A stretch of DNA of 64,000 bases, taken from positions 12,390-76,389 of the forward strand of contig JBJLJD010000006.1 in assembly GCA_045563435.1 (NCBI GenBank), read 5' to 3'. Of the stretch, positions 39,700 through 50,358 are shown piece after piece. Positions within the stretch are counted from its first letter, which is position 1, and each line of letters opens with the position of its first letter. Source of the DNA: Gammaproteobacteria bacterium (GTDB lineage: Bacteria > Pseudomonadota > Gammaproteobacteria > Magnimaribacterales > TMED112). The position numbers were made by a program, and so were the translations under genes. The notes under the pieces are model-generated. The model did no database searches. It was not told the origin of the DNA and saw only the letters and a list, made by a program, of their open reading frames with translations.

Positions 39700-40777
39700 T
39701 AAATTTAAACTCGATTACATCTCCATCTTGAACGAGATATTCTTTTCCTTCAATCTTTAGTTTTCCTTTATCTCTTGCTGTTTGTTGACCACCACAGTCA
39801 ATATAGTCAGAGAATCCTATTACCTCTGCTTTAATAAATCCTTTTTCAAAATCACTATGAATTTTACCTGCAGCATGGGGTGCTTTTGATCCTCTTTTAA
39901 TTGACCAGGCCCTCACTTCCTTTGGCCCTGCCGTAAAATAAGAAAAAAGATTTAATAGCTCAAAACCTTTTTTTATTATGACATCGAGTGTGGGCTCTTT
40001 TAAGCCAAGCATATCGAGATATTCAAGCCTTTCTTTTCCATCGAGATCTATTAATTCTGCCTCAGCCTTTGCATAGACTTTTATAAGTTCTTTATTAGTT
40101 TTTTTAGCATGTTCTTCAAGTTCAGAAATATAGAGATTTTTTTCATCATCTTCATGAAGGTTTGCAATATAAAAAAAAGATTTTGATACAATGAGTTGCA
40201 AGTTTTTTAAAAAGTCCTCATCACTATTTAAGCTTAAATCAGCATTAAAACCTTTATCAGATAATTCTTTTTTAATTTTTTCTAAATACTCATATTCATC
40301 TTTGAGGACTTTATCTCCATTTCTTAATTGTTTTCCTACTTTTTCTATTCTTTTTTCAACTATTTCAAGATCACTAAGAACTAATTCAGTCTCGATAGTT
40401 TCTAAATCATCAATAGGAGAAATTTTACCCTCTACATGAATAACATTGGTGTCTTCAAAACAACGTACTACATGTGCAAAACATTGTGTTTCTCGAACAT
40501 GAGATAGAAATTTATTTCCAAGCCCCTCCCCAGAGTGCGCACCTTTTACGAGACCAGCTATATCTACAAATTCCATGTAAGAGGGAACAACTTTTTCAGG
40601 ATCATTAATTTCTGCAAGCTTATCTAGTCTTGAGTCAGGTATATTTACCCTTGCAACATTCGGTTCAATAGTACAAAAAGGGAAATTTTCCGCTTGAATT
40701 TTTTGAGATGTTAAGGCATTGAAAAGAGTAGATTTACCAACATTAGGCAAACCCACAATGCCACATTTAATACTCAT
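39692..40777 (-). CDS. ychF: redox-regulated ATPase YchF
   Basis: GIVGLPNVGKSTLFNALT, the C-terminal TGS domain and pth-ychF synteny all fit. Confidence 0.96.
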   Translation of the reverse strand: MSIKCGIVGLPNVGKSTLFNALTSQKIQAENFPFCTIEPNVARVNIPDSRLDKLAEINDPEKVVPSYMEFVDIAGLVKGAHSGEGLGNKFLSHVRETQCFAHVVRCFEDTNVIHVEGKISPIDDLETIETELVLSDLEIVEKRIEKVGKQLRNGDKVLKDEYEYLEKIKKELSDKGFNADLSLNSDEDFLKNLQLIVSKSFFYIANLHEDDEKNLYISELEEHAKKTNKELIKVYAKAEAELIDLDGKERLEYLDMLGLKEPTLDVIIKKGFELLNLFSYFTAGPKEVRAWSIKRGSKAPHAAGKIHSDFEKGFIKAEVIGFSDYIDCGGQQTARDKGKLKIEGKEYLVQDGDVIEFKFNV

Positions 40778-41342
40778 TAGAGTGAAGGTCGTTCATTATA
40801 ATCATCCAGTCTTTGAGCAAGATTTTATCGATATTGTTTATGGCCTTCTCGAATGCGATAGCCATTTTTTCTTTTTCTTGTGGATTTGGTTTTTTTATCA
40901 CCCAAGCATCTGTCTGCTCTTTATTAGGAGGATGTCCTATGCCAAATCTTAATCTGACAAAATCATTTCCTATTGCCTTTAAAATATCTCTTAGACCATT
41001 GTGTCCAGCATGACCTCCAGATAGCTTTAACTTCACATCACCTGGCTCAAGGTCCATATCATCATGCACTACTAGCATATCTTTAGTGTTTTTAACCTTA
41101 TATTTCCTGACAAGTTGGAGTGTTTTGCCGCTTCTGTTAATAAATTCTCTTGGTTTTATCAAAGCAATTTTCTGATCTTCAAAATCAATCTCAACATAAT
41201 CTGCATCAATTTTTTTTAAGTACTTAAAATCTGCATTGAATTCTTTAGCAATTAAGTCAAGGAAGTCATAACCTGCATTATGTCTTGTTTTAGAGTATTT
41301 ATCGCCTGGGTTGCCTAAACCAACGATACAAAGATGAAGCAA
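40767..41342 (-). CDS. pth: peptidyl-tRNA hydrolase
   Basis: IVGLGNPGDKYSKTRHNAGY and GHNGLRDI motifs are present. The start is set at TTG 41342, giving (M)LHLCIVGLGNPG. The track's 238-aa version extends through the rplY C-terminus and is not credible. Confidence 0.9.
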   Translation of the reverse strand: MLHLCIVGLGNPGDKYSKTRHNAGYDFLDLIAKEFNADFKYLKKIDADYVEIDFEDQKIALIKPREFINRSGKTLQLVRKYKVKNTKDMLVVHDDMDLEPGDVKLKLSGGHAGHNGLRDILKAIGNDFVRLRFGIGHPPNKEQTDAWVIKKPNPQEKEKMAIAFEKAINNIDKILLKDWMIIMNDLHSNEY

Positions 41343-41343
41343 T

Positions 41344-42060
41344 TTATTCTGATTTCCCCTCAGAATTATCTGACTTATTTTCTTCAGGAGCTTTTTCATT
41401 ATCACCTTCCTGTGTTGTTGTCTCTTCACCTTCAACAGCATCAGCATCTTCCTCAACTTCATCATCAAGAAGCATTGCACCACCTTTTGCAGTTAGCACC
41501 GAAACAATTACAGGATCTTGATTTTTCAAAGTTTTTGGAAAACTGTAAGAGGATTTTTTTTCTAGTGCGCTAAGCCGTACCTTTTCTTTGGATTTTATTT
41601 CTTCCATATCCAATTCAATAAATTCTGGAATATTGTCTGGATCAGCTATTACTGAAAGTTCTTTTAAAACATGATTTATCACTCCACCCTCGATTTTTAC
41701 ACCAAAGCATTTATCTTGATTCGTCAAAACAACTGGAACAGTAACATTAATTTTTGTACCTTTTGAGACTTTTTGTAAATCAAAATGAATAAAAATATTT
41801 TTTGATGGATGTTTTTGTACGTCTTTAAAAACAACATTATGTTTTTTATCAGCAAGTTCTAATTCAACTAGAGAGTTAAAAACTGATTCATTATTAATGA
41901 TTTTAAGAAGTTCGTTATTTTTGACTTGTATTGCAACTGGTGCATCTTTTCCTCCATAAACAACTCCAGGCACTAATTTATTTTGGTAAATAGCCTTCTT
42001 TGATGAGAGGCCACCTGTTTTTTCTCTTATTTCAGCTTTTAATTTTAAAGTTTCCATCAT
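41344..42060 (-). CDS. rplY: 50S ribosomal protein L25 (Ctc form) with a long acidic C-terminal tail
   Basis: R...GK..SRRLR-like start (REKTGGLSSKKAIYQNKLVPGVVYG), a two-domain Ctc architecture, and the prs-rplY-pth order. Confidence 0.9.
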   Translation of the reverse strand: MMETLKLKAEIREKTGGLSSKKAIYQNKLVPGVVYGGKDAPVAIQVKNNELLKIINNESVFNSLVELELADKKHNVVFKDVQKHPSKNIFIHFDLQKVSKGTKINVTVPVVLTNQDKCFGVKIEGGVINHVLKELSVIADPDNIPEFIELDMEEIKSKEKVRLSALEKKSSYSFPKTLKNQDPVIVSVLTAKGGAMLLDDEVEEDADAVEGEETTTQEGDNEKAPEENKSDNSEGKSE

Positions 42061-43007
42061 TTAAAAAGTTCACTTATTGAGTCACCCGTTGTAATCCTTT
42101 TAATTGATTCAGCAACTATTGGCGATATATCAAAGACGTCTATTTTAGGACATTTTTTTGATTTGTCACCAATATCGATAGAGTTTGATACCACAAGTCT
42201 GTCAATAGCTGATTTATTCAAATTTTCGATAGCATTCCCTGAGAGTACAGGATGAGTAATATATGCTATAACTTCTCTTGCACCTTCTGCCTTTAATGCA
42301 TGGCTAGCATTACTTAGAGTGCCTGCTGTATCAATTAAGTCATCTGGAACTATACAAACTTTATCTTTTACATCACCAATTAGATTAATAACTTCAGACT
42401 CATTAGCTTTTTCTCTTCTCTTATCAATAATAGCTAAATCTTTGACACCAAGCGTTTTTGCAACTGATCTAGCCCTTATAACACCACCAGTATCTGGTGA
42501 AACTACTTGCAAATCATCAACTTTATATTTACCAATAATTTCTTTGCACATAATATTTGATGTATAAACGTTATCTACTGGAAAAGAAAAGAAACCTTGA
42601 ATTTGCTCAGAGTGAATATCAAGAGTAATAACTCTAGAAATACCAACACTGGTTAAAACTTCAGCAATAACACGAGCACTTATTGGAACTCTTGCTGACC
42701 TTACTCGTCTGTCTTGTCTGGCATAACCAAAATAAGGAATGACGGCTGTAATAGAATTTGCTGAAGCTCTTTTTAAAGCATCTGCAATCAGAACTAACTC
42801 CATTAAATTTTTTTCAGCAGGTGAGTCTGTAGATTGAATTATAAATGTGTCTGAGCCTCTAACATTGATATCGATTTCAACATTCACTTCGCCATCACTA
42901 AAAGTACTCACTTTGATTGGGGCAAGTTTTTTCCCAAGGTTTTTCGCAACTGACTCTGCTAGCTGTTTATTTGAGTTACCGCTAAATATTAATTGTTTTT
43001 CCATCAT
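42057..43007 (-). CDS. prs: ribose-phosphate pyrophosphokinase
   Basis: GYARQDRR, VSPDTGGV and DDLIDTAGT motifs are present. Confidence 0.96.
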   Translation of the reverse strand: MMEKQLIFSGNSNKQLAESVAKNLGKKLAPIKVSTFSDGEVNVEIDINVRGSDTFIIQSTDSPAEKNLMELVLIADALKRASANSITAVIPYFGYARQDRRVRSARVPISARVIAEVLTSVGISRVITLDIHSEQIQGFFSFPVDNVYTSNIMCKEIIGKYKVDDLQVVSPDTGGVIRARSVAKTLGVKDLAIIDKRREKANESEVINLIGDVKDKVCIVPDDLIDTAGTLSNASHALKAEGAREVIAYITHPVLSGNAIENLNKSAIDRLVVSNSIDIGDKSKKCPKIDVFDISPIVAESIKRITTGDSISELFK

Positions 43008-43011
43008 CTAT

Positions 43012-43086
43012 TGGCTGGGGTGGTAGGATTCGAACCTACGAATGGCGCCACCAAAAGGCGCTGCCTTACCACTTGGCCACACCCCA
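43012..43086 (-). tRNA. tRNA-Gln (TTG)
   Basis: The reverse complement reads TGGGGTGTGGCCAAGTGGTAAGGCAGCGCCTTTTGGTGGCGCCATTCGTAGGTTCGAATCCTACCACCCCAGCCA. Anticodon loop is UUUUGGU. It lies between ispE and prs as in Pseudomonas. Confidence 0.93.
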
Positions 43087-43098
43087 TTGTCATTAAAA

Positions 43099-43899
43099 TC
43101 AATTGTATTCTAAACTTTTAGCAACAAAAATTCTAAACTTCTTTTTAGTATTTCTTTTCAATAACTCAATATCATTTCTCAAGGGATTTTCTAAAAAAAC
43201 ACTTGAGCCAGTACCAGTAAGTTTTAATTTATCTCTAAATCTTTCACCACCAATATCAATTAAATAATCATAAAAAGCTTTAAATTTACGAGATTCACTT
43301 TTAAGAGGTTCAAAAAATGAATTAGTTTTTTTATCCGGTTGGCGATTTGTTTGAAGAAATTTTGAATTGTAGAGATCTTTAGTTGAAATGTTGAAATTTG
43401 GCGAAATTATTAAATATTCACTTTTAAAAGAGTGTTCTTTTTCAAATACCTCACCAACACCACTAGCAAAACCACTTTTTTGCTCTAAAAAAATAGAAAC
43501 ATCAGCACCAAGTTTTTTTGAAATTTCAGTTTTATCTAAATTTTTAATTTTTTCTCCATGAAACATACAAAGAAATATTAGCGTTGAAGCTGAATTTGAG
43601 CTTCCAGAACCAAGTCCGGAGCCATAGGGAATATTTTTTTTAAGGTTTATATTAAAAACTTGTTTTTTATTAAACACTTTATTAAACCAACTACAGGTTT
43701 TTTCAATGATATTATTCTTAATTAGAACAGGGTCGTCACAAAAAAATGAGTTTTTGACAGAGGGAACAAAATTTATCTCATCAAAAATATCAATTAACTC
43801 GAAATGTGTATAAATATTATGATAGCCATCATTTCTCTTAGATAGCACATTTAAAAAGGTATTGATTTTTGCTGGTGATTTATGTGTAAATGAGTCCAT
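43099..43899 (-). CDS. ispE: 4-diphosphocytidyl-2-C-methyl-D-erythritol kinase
   Basis: PAKINTFLNV start, GHMP kinase motif PYGSGLGSGSSNSAS, and a conserved position. Confidence 0.9.
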   Translation of the reverse strand: MDSFTHKSPAKINTFLNVLSKRNDGYHNIYTHFELIDIFDEINFVPSVKNSFFCDDPVLIKNNIIEKTCSWFNKVFNKKQVFNINLKKNIPYGSGLGSGSSNSASTLIFLCMFHGEKIKNLDKTEISKKLGADVSIFLEQKSGFASGVGEVFEKEHSFKSEYLIISPNFNISTKDLYNSKFLQTNRQPDKKTNSFFEPLKSESRKFKAFYDYLIDIGGERFRDKLKLTGTGSSVFLENPLRNDIELLKRNTKKKFRIFVAKSLEYN

Positions 43900-44017
43900 A
43901 GAATGCTAATTTTATTATTTTTACAGCGAGAATTCAGTCACTACATTGAACAACTCAATTCAAACAGATAAACTTGCACATCCGTTTATAATTTATATAT
44001 AAAAATAAGGTCAAATT

Positions 44018-45199
44018 ATGGAATTACATTGTTGGGGCATAAGTCATAAATCTACTTCTTTAGAAGTAAGGGAAAAGTTCGCATTTAATAAAAAGGAAAT
44101 TGATGAAGTTCTCACAAATTTAAAGATGACAAATACATTTGATAACGGGATTTTACTCTCAACTTGCAACAGAACTGAATTTTACTCAGTTTGCTCAAGG
44201 TCTGATATAAAGAATTTTGAAAAGGTTGTTTCTAAAATTTTAAATAAATTTGAAAATCTAAGAAAAAATGACCAATATCTGTATGCAGGTACTGATGCAT
44301 TTAAACACTCATTAAAAGTGATGACAGGCATAGATTCAATGATAATTGGTGAACCAGATATATTCGGCCAAGTAAAAAAATCGCTAAATAATTCACGTTC
44401 AATGGGATTTCTAAATACTGAGTTGGAAAATACTTTCAATAATGCAATAAGATTTTCAAAACTTATAAGAACTGAAACTGATTTATCAAAGAATCCTCTT
44501 TCTATATCAACCATAGTAGAGGGGTTTATATCAAATGAAGATGAAATAAACTCCGTCCTTGTTATTGGTGGCGGTGATGTTTCTCGAAAGTTAGTACCAA
44601 AACTTGTAAAAAAGGGAAAAGAAGTCTTTTTAGTAAATAGATCTAATGTCGAAATAAGCGGAATAAAAAGTGATTCACTTTCAAAAATTAAGACCTATTT
44701 AAAAAAATCTGATGCAGTTGTCATAGTTGCATCATCTAACAAAAATTTTATTGAAGAAGACTTTTTATCAAAAATTCAAAAAAATATTTTAGTTTTTGAT
44801 TTAGCAATTCCAAGAAACATATCTTTTAAAATTACAAAAAATAAAAAAGTGAATATAGTCACTCTAGATGAATTAGGAGAGATGTTAAAGAAAAATGAGG
44901 ATACTAGAAAAGAGGAAGTAAATGCTGCTAAAGAAATTATCAAGTTAAATGCTGATAAAGAATTTAGAAAACTTAAAAATAAACAAATGATGGGCAGAAA
45001 CCAAAAGGAAGCTAGAGAGAAAATTTTTAATGCAAAAACGGAAGCGCTTAAAAAAGCTAAAAGTAATTTAAAAAAGGGCATTGATGTAGAAAAAGTTATA
45101 GAAGAGCTTGCTAATGAAATTGCGTCAAAGAATGCTCATGAATTATCAAAAATTATTGATGATCCTTCAATAATAAGCTTTATTAAAAAGTCCAAATGA
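44018..45199 (+). CDS. hemA: glutamyl-tRNA reductase
   Basis: GISHKSTSLEVREKFAF, STCNRTEFY (catalytic Cys) and the hemA-prfA-prmC order all fit. Confidence 0.9.
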   Translation: MELHCWGISHKSTSLEVREKFAFNKKEIDEVLTNLKMTNTFDNGILLSTCNRTEFYSVCSRSDIKNFEKVVSKILNKFENLRKNDQYLYAGTDAFKHSLKVMTGIDSMIIGEPDIFGQVKKSLNNSRSMGFLNTELENTFNNAIRFSKLIRTETDLSKNPLSISTIVEGFISNEDEINSVLVIGGGDVSRKLVPKLVKKGKEVFLVNRSNVEISGIKSDSLSKIKTYLKKSDAVVIVASSNKNFIEEDFLSKIQKNILVFDLAIPRNISFKITKNKKVNIVTLDELGEMLKKNEDTRKEEVNAAKEIIKLNADKEFRKLKNKQMMGRNQKEAREKIFNAKTEALKKAKSNLKKGIDVEKVIEELANEIASKNAHELSKIIDDPSIISFIKKSK

Positions 45200-46281
45200 G
45201 AATTTCAATAAGAGATACCTTAGAAAACTTAAAGAAAAAAGAAAAAGAGCTAAATGCATCTCTTTCAACACCAGAAATTACAAGTAATATACAAAAACTT
45301 ACATCATTAAATAAAGAATTATCTGAAATTTCAAACATCGTAGAGGATTATGAAAAGTATTTGATGCTTGAGAAAAACTTAGAGGAAATAAATGAATTGC
45401 TTCTTGATAGAGATATGAAGGATCTAGCTCAAGAAGAAAAATCATCAACAGAAAATCAACTTTCTGAACTAGAGGCTGAAATAATGTTTAAATTATTGCC
45501 AAAAGATGAAGATGATGCAAAAGATATTTATCTTGAAATAAGAGCTGGTGCTGGTGGTGACGAAGCAGCGATTTTTGTAGGCGATCTCTATCGAATGTAC
45601 TCAAGATTTTCAGAAAGGAATAACTGGAGAGTTGAAAAAGTTAAAGAGGTTATATCTGGTCCTGGAGGTTTTAAAGAAATTATTGCAATGGTTTCTGGAG
45701 AAAAAGTTTATGAGAGGATGAAATTTGAGTCAGGTGTTCATAGGGTACAAAGAGTTCCTGAAACAGAATCACAAGGTAGAATTCATACTTCAACATCTAC
45801 AGTAGCAATTTTGCCAAAACTTGATGACATAAAAGAAAGTGAAATTAATCAAAGCGAAATTAGGATTGATACTTTCAGAGCATCTGGCCCTGGTGGTCAG
45901 TCAGTAAACACCACTGATAGTGCAGTCAGAATTACTCATATTCCTACTGGAATAGTTGTTTCTCAACAGGATGAAAAATCACAACATAAAAATAAAGCAA
46001 AAGCCCTTAGTATCCTTTCCTCAAAAATCCATGACTTTGAGAAACAAAAATTAGAAAGTGAAAGAGCTTCCAAAAGAAAAAATATGGTGGGAACTGGAGA
46101 TAGAAGTGAAAAAATTAGGACCTATAACTATCCTCAAGGAAGAGTAACTGAACACAGAATAAAATTGACAGTACATAATTTAGAATCAGTGATAGATGGA
46201 GAATTGAATGAAATTGTAGATTCACTAATCACTCAGAGCAATGCTGAAAAACTTTTAGAAATTGAAGAACAGTCACAATAA
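45196..46281 (+). CDS. prfA: peptide chain release factor 1
   Basis: PET tripeptide anticodon context (VPETES) and SGPGGQSVNTTDSAVR (GGQ) are present. Confidence 0.97.
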   Translation: MRISIRDTLENLKKKEKELNASLSTPEITSNIQKLTSLNKELSEISNIVEDYEKYLMLEKNLEEINELLLDRDMKDLAQEEKSSTENQLSELEAEIMFKLLPKDEDDAKDIYLEIRAGAGGDEAAIFVGDLYRMYSRFSERNNWRVEKVKEVISGPGGFKEIIAMVSGEKVYERMKFESGVHRVQRVPETESQGRIHTSTSTVAILPKLDDIKESEINQSEIRIDTFRASGPGGQSVNTTDSAVRITHIPTGIVVSQQDEKSQHKNKAKALSILSSKIHDFEKQKLESERASKRKNMVGTGDRSEKIRTYNYPQGRVTEHRIKLTVHNLESVIDGELNEIVDSLITQSNAEKLLEIEEQSQ

Positions 46282-47035
46282 ATTAACAACTATTTCAAAT
46301 GCTTGGCGTAATGCTTATGGTAAAGACTATGAAGAGGGTCTTCATTTTTTATTAAATACTAATGATATTTTAGAAAGAGATATAGAAAGAATATGCTATG
46401 AGATTTCTGAAAGAAGACCTATTCAGCATATTATTGGAAACTGGGATTTTTATAATGGGAATTATGAGGTCAATTCAGATGTCTTGATTCCAAGACCTGA
46501 AACAGAGACTTTAATTGAGCATATAGAAAATTCTAAATTACAGCCAAAAAGCATTCTTGATTTAGGTACTGGAACAGGATGCATTGCTATCGAACTATCA
46601 AAAATATTTCCTAAAGCAACCGTTGATGCAGTTGATCTGAGTATTAAGGCAATATCTATTGCAAAGAAAAATGCTAAAAATAATAATGCAAGAGTTAGAT
46701 TTTTAAATTCAAACTGGTATCAGAAAGTGTCGTTAAAGTATGACTTAATTATAAGTAACCCACCATACGTAGATAGGAGCGCCAACACTGATAAGAGTCT
46801 AAAATTTGAACCAGAAGAGGCTATTTTTTCAGATGAAAATGGTTTGAAAGATTTAAGAATAATAATTTCTGAATCAAAAGACTATTTAAATTATGGCGGG
46901 ATTATTTTTTTGGAGCATTCTCCTGAACAAAAAAAGATAATAAAAAATCTATTGAAGAAAAGTGGCTTTAGAAACGTCACTACAAACAAAGACCTTAAAG
47001 GGACAGAGAGGTATACTTTTGGCAAACTTGAATAG
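46262..47035 (+). CDS. prmC: release factor glutamine N5-methyltransferase
   Basis: LIPRPETE, DLGTGTGCIA and ISNPPYV (NPPY) motifs are present. Confidence 0.92.
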   Translation: MKNSHNKLTTISNAWRNAYGKDYEEGLHFLLNTNDILERDIERICYEISERRPIQHIIGNWDFYNGNYEVNSDVLIPRPETETLIEHIENSKLQPKSILDLGTGTGCIAIELSKIFPKATVDAVDLSIKAISIAKKNAKNNNARVRFLNSNWYQKVSLKYDLIISNPPYVDRSANTDKSLKFEPEEAIFSDENGLKDLRIIISESKDYLNYGGIIFLEHSPEQKKIIKNLLKKSGFRNVTTNKDLKGTERYTFGKLE

Positions 47036-47762
47036 AATTCCCCAAAGGTATTACTCACAGCTAGTCTTAGATGATTTTTCTTATGAAGATCAAAAGAAAC
47101 TTTGTGAAAGTGAAGTCACAATTATCGGTTGTGGCGGTTTAGGTTCACCACTAGCAGTTTATCTTGTTGCTGCAGGCGTTGGAAAAATTAATCTTATTGA
47201 TTTTGATGCGGTCGAAGAGAGAAATCTTCACCGTCAGGTTTTCTACAAAGAATCAGATATTGGTAAAAAAAAAGTAGAGGCCCTTAAAGATTATTTAATT
47301 AATTTAGATAAAGAGGTTGAAGTAAACATCTATCCAGTAAAGTCATCAGAAATCGACTTTAAGAAAATTAATTCTAATTTATTCTTTGATTGTACAGATA
47401 ATCTAAAAACTTCATTTGAACTAAATGAGGAAATGGTGAATTTAAATAAACCAATCTGCTTTGCCTCAGCTTCTGAATTTAGCGGTCAAATTATAATTTT
47501 TAAAAATTCAAAAAAAGAACATTGTTGCTACTCTTGTTTATTCAAAGAATCAGGTGATTTAGAGACTAACCATTGTGTAAGTCTTGGCGTTTTGGGTCCT
47601 GCTGTAGCAATAACAGCCTCCATGCAGTCACTTATTGGAATGAGGTTTATTTGTGAAAAATTTGAAGAAACTGAAACGCTAATTAGAATTAATAGTTCAA
47701 AATTTGAAATCAAGAAAAACAAAGTTTTTCCTGATAAATTTTGTAGACTTAATCGGCTATGA
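47028..47762 (+). CDS. ThiF/MoeB-family adenylyltransferase (E1-like)
   Basis: RYYSQLVL, IIGCGGLGSPLAVYLVAAGVG, ERNLHRQ and CxxC (CCYSC) motifs are present. Its position after prmC matches Pseudomonas moeB. The start is uncertain (TTG 47019 or 47028). The track's 46962 start overlaps prmC by 74 nt. Confidence 0.7.
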   Translation: MNRIPQRYYSQLVLDDFSYEDQKKLCESEVTIIGCGGLGSPLAVYLVAAGVGKINLIDFDAVEERNLHRQVFYKESDIGKKKVEALKDYLINLDKEVEVNIYPVKSSEIDFKKINSNLFFDCTDNLKTSFELNEEMVNLNKPICFASASEFSGQIIIFKNSKKEHCCYSCLFKESGDLETNHCVSLGVLGPAVAITASMQSLIGMRFICEKFEETETLIRINSSKFEIKKNKVFPDKFCRLNRL

Positions 47763-48739
47763 AAAAATTAGGTATTGTTGAGGGTTTTTATGGAAGCTTA
47801 ATGAGCTTTTCACAGAGGAATGCTATTGTTGAGTCACTGAGTAATAATAATCTAAATTTCTATTTGTACGCTCCCAAAGAGGATCCTTTTATTAGAAAGC
47901 ATATTGATTTAGACCATTCAAAAGAGTGGGAAGAGCAATTTCAAAATTTTTGTCACAACGCAAATAAAAAAAATATTCAAATCAGTGCTGGTTTGTGCCC
48001 AAAAACTAATGATTATGTTTCACTTGCTAATAAGATAAATAAATTTAAATCTCTTGGTTGCAATCATTTCGCAATACTTTTTGATGATACTGAAGATTAT
48101 GATTTAAAAAGCCAACTAGATATTTTTAATAAAGCAGAAAATGAATTTCAGGATTGTGAAATTATTTTTTGTCCAAGCATATATACATCTGAACTCATAG
48201 ATCAAAACCAAAATACTAAAGAGTATTTTGCTAGCTTTAAGAATAATTTCCCTCAAGATAAGACATTTATTTGGACTGGCCCTAACGTTATCTCTGAAGA
48301 GCTAAATGATGAAGTAGATAATGATCTTAAGGATATGGAGAATAATAACATTGCAGTTTGGGACAACTATTTTACAGTTGACTCATGCCCTGAACTATTG
48401 AATTACAGTTATTTTGATCATTTAGATATTCAATATCTTAAGAAAAAAGAAATGTATTTTATTAACTTAACGGGAATGGCATATACAGATAATTTAATAA
48501 TTAATACTTTTGGACATTTTATAAACGGCAAAACAATTTCTTTTGAAGAATTGCTTAAAGAAAATAAGCTTGATAAAAACCTTATTGAGCTTATCCATTT
48601 GTTTAATCCTAAAAGTAAATTAAAAATCACTGATTCAGAAAATATGAAAATCAAAAAAATTCTTCAAGAATGGTTTTCTCCTCTGAAAAATGAATGGTAT
48701 CCTTATCTACACTACTTAAAAAAAAGGGGCGAAAAATGA
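47759..48739 (+). CDS. GH84-like (O-GlcNAcase / beta-N-acetylglucosaminidase family) catalytic-domain protein
   Basis: GIVEGFYGS, YLYAPKEDP and FAILFDDTED (tandem catalytic Asp-Asp context) match the GH84 TIM-barrel signature. The protein is only 326 aa. The ATGA overlap joins it to the upstream gene. Confidence 0.6.
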   Translation: MKKLGIVEGFYGSLMSFSQRNAIVESLSNNNLNFYLYAPKEDPFIRKHIDLDHSKEWEEQFQNFCHNANKKNIQISAGLCPKTNDYVSLANKINKFKSLGCNHFAILFDDTEDYDLKSQLDIFNKAENEFQDCEIIFCPSIYTSELIDQNQNTKEYFASFKNNFPQDKTFIWTGPNVISEELNDEVDNDLKDMENNNIAVWDNYFTVDSCPELLNYSYFDHLDIQYLKKKEMYFINLTGMAYTDNLIINTFGHFINGKTISFEELLKENKLDKNLIELIHLFNPKSKLKITDSENMKIKKILQEWFSPLKNEWYPYLHYLKKRGEK

Positions 48740-50349
48740 GTAATATGCAGAACTGGAATCAAAATGTGGCGAGCATTATTGATTACGCACAAAGAAATTT
48801 TCCTGAAGTTGAGATTGTCTCAAGGACACTTGATGGAAAAATACATAAATCAAATTATGGTGAAGTTGCGAAACGATCTAAAAAAGTTGGTGATTCACTA
48901 GAAAAATATGGAATTAAGAAAGGTCAAAATGTTGGCTCTTTAGCACTTAATACTTACAGAAATATGGAGCTTTATTACGGCATTTCAGGTATGGGAGCTG
49001 TAATGCATACTATCAACTTTAGGCTCCATCCAGAGCAAGTGGTCTACATAATAAATCATGCTGAAAATAGAATAATTTTTACTGAGACAGTTTTTGCACC
49101 ATTGCTTGAAGCTGTTCAGGATAAGTGCCCAACTGTGGAGCAATATGTTCTTTTGTGCTCAAAAGAGGAAATGCCCGAATCAAATCTTAAAAATGCAGTT
49201 TCCTATGAGGAATTTATTGAAAAGGGCGATGAAAATTACGAGTGGCCACTCTTAGATGAGGATGCACCATGTGGTTTATGTTATACATCAGGTACAACCG
49301 GTAATCCAAAAGGAGTTCTTTACTCTCACAAATCAACTTTATTGCACGCTTGGGCTGGATCTTCTGCTAATGGATTGGGCTTTAATAGAAGTGACTCTAT
49401 TTTAATGGTAGTGCCAATGTTCCACGTTATGGGGTGGGGGCTGCCATATATTGGTGCCATGAATGGTATTAAGCTCGTTCTGCCAGGTATGGGCATGGAT
49501 GGAGCTGCACTGGTTGAATTAATCCAAAAAGAGCAAGTAACTTTAGCCTTCGGAGTGCCAACGATTTGGTTGGGATTATTAAATTATTGTACTGAGCAAA
49601 AAATCACTCTAGATAGCGTAAAACAAACTGTAATTGGAGGTTCTGCAGTGCCATATTCAATGATTAAGCAATTTGATGAAGAACACGACATAAATGTAGT
49701 CCAAGGTTGGGGCATGACAGAAACAAGTCCGCTTGCCACAGCCAATCTTAGAACAAAAGAAATGGAAGCAATGCCAAAAGAAGAAATGTATAAGCTTCAG
49801 ACTAAGCAAGGGAAACCAGTTTATGGAGTGGAGCTAAAAATTGTTGATGATGATGGTAAAAGATTACCTGAAGATGGGGAAGCATTTGGCAGACTTTTAA
49901 TCAGGGGGCCATGGGTAAATAAAAGATATTATAAATTTGATGAAGATGCCGTAGATGCAGACGGATGGTTTGATACTGGAGACATCTCAAGTATAGACCC
50001 CGCCGGATATATGACTATTGTTGATAGAGCAAAAGATGTCATCAAATCAGGAGGAGAGTGGATTAGTTCTGTTGATTTAGAGAATGTTGCTCAGGGACAT
50101 CCTGATGTTATGCAAGCATCTGTAATTGGAGTAGCTCATCCAAAGTGGGATGAGAGGCCACTTCTATTAATTGTTGCTGCAGGAGACAAAAAGGATAAAG
50201 AATCTATATACAGCTTTTTAGAAGATAAAATTGCTAAATGGTGGAAGCCAGATGATATAGTATTCGTAGACGAATTGCCTTTAGGAGCAACTGGTAAAGT
50301 TCTAAAGGTTAACCTTAGAGATCAATTTAAAGATCATCTAATGAAATAG
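48736..50349 (+). CDS. acyl-CoA synthetase (AMP-forming fatty-acid--CoA ligase)
   Basis: [15 protein letters not shown]-binding motif, GWGMTET and TGDI..ID..GY..IVDRAKD are present. The start is set at ATG 48736 (ATGA overlap with the upstream stop). Confidence 0.9.
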   Translation: MSNMQNWNQNVASIIDYAQRNFPEVEIVSRTLDGKIHKSNYGEVAKRSKKVGDSLEKYGIKKGQNVGSLALNTYRNMELYYGISGMGAVMHTINFRLHPEQVVYIINHAENRIIFTETVFAPLLEAVQDKCPTVEQYVLLCSKEEMPESNLKNAVSYEEFIEKGDENYEWPLLDEDAPCGLCYTSGTTGNPKGVLYSHKSTLLHAWAGSSANGLGFNRSDSILMVVPMFHVMGWGLPYIGAMNGIKLVLPGMGMDGAALVELIQKEQVTLAFGVPTIWLGLLNYCTEQKITLDSVKQTVIGGSAVPYSMIKQFDEEHDINVVQGWGMTETSPLATANLRTKEMEAMPKEEMYKLQTKQGKPVYGVELKIVDDDGKRLPEDGEAFGRLLIRGPWVNKRYYKFDEDAVDADGWFDTGDISSIDPAGYMTIVDRAKDVIKSGGEWISSVDLENVAQGHPDVMQASVIGVAHPKWDERPLLLIVAAGDKKDKESIYSFLEDKIAKWWKPDDIVFVDELPLGATGKVLKVNLRDQFKDHLMK

Positions 50350-50358
50350 GAGAAAAAT

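Noticed and set aside
41343-41483. A 47-aa N-terminal extension of pth overlapping the end of rplY.
   Set aside because: The extension overlaps the rplY acidic tail in another frame and is not Pth-like. TTG 41342, 1 nt after the rplY stop, yields the canonical (M)LHLCIVGLGNPG start.
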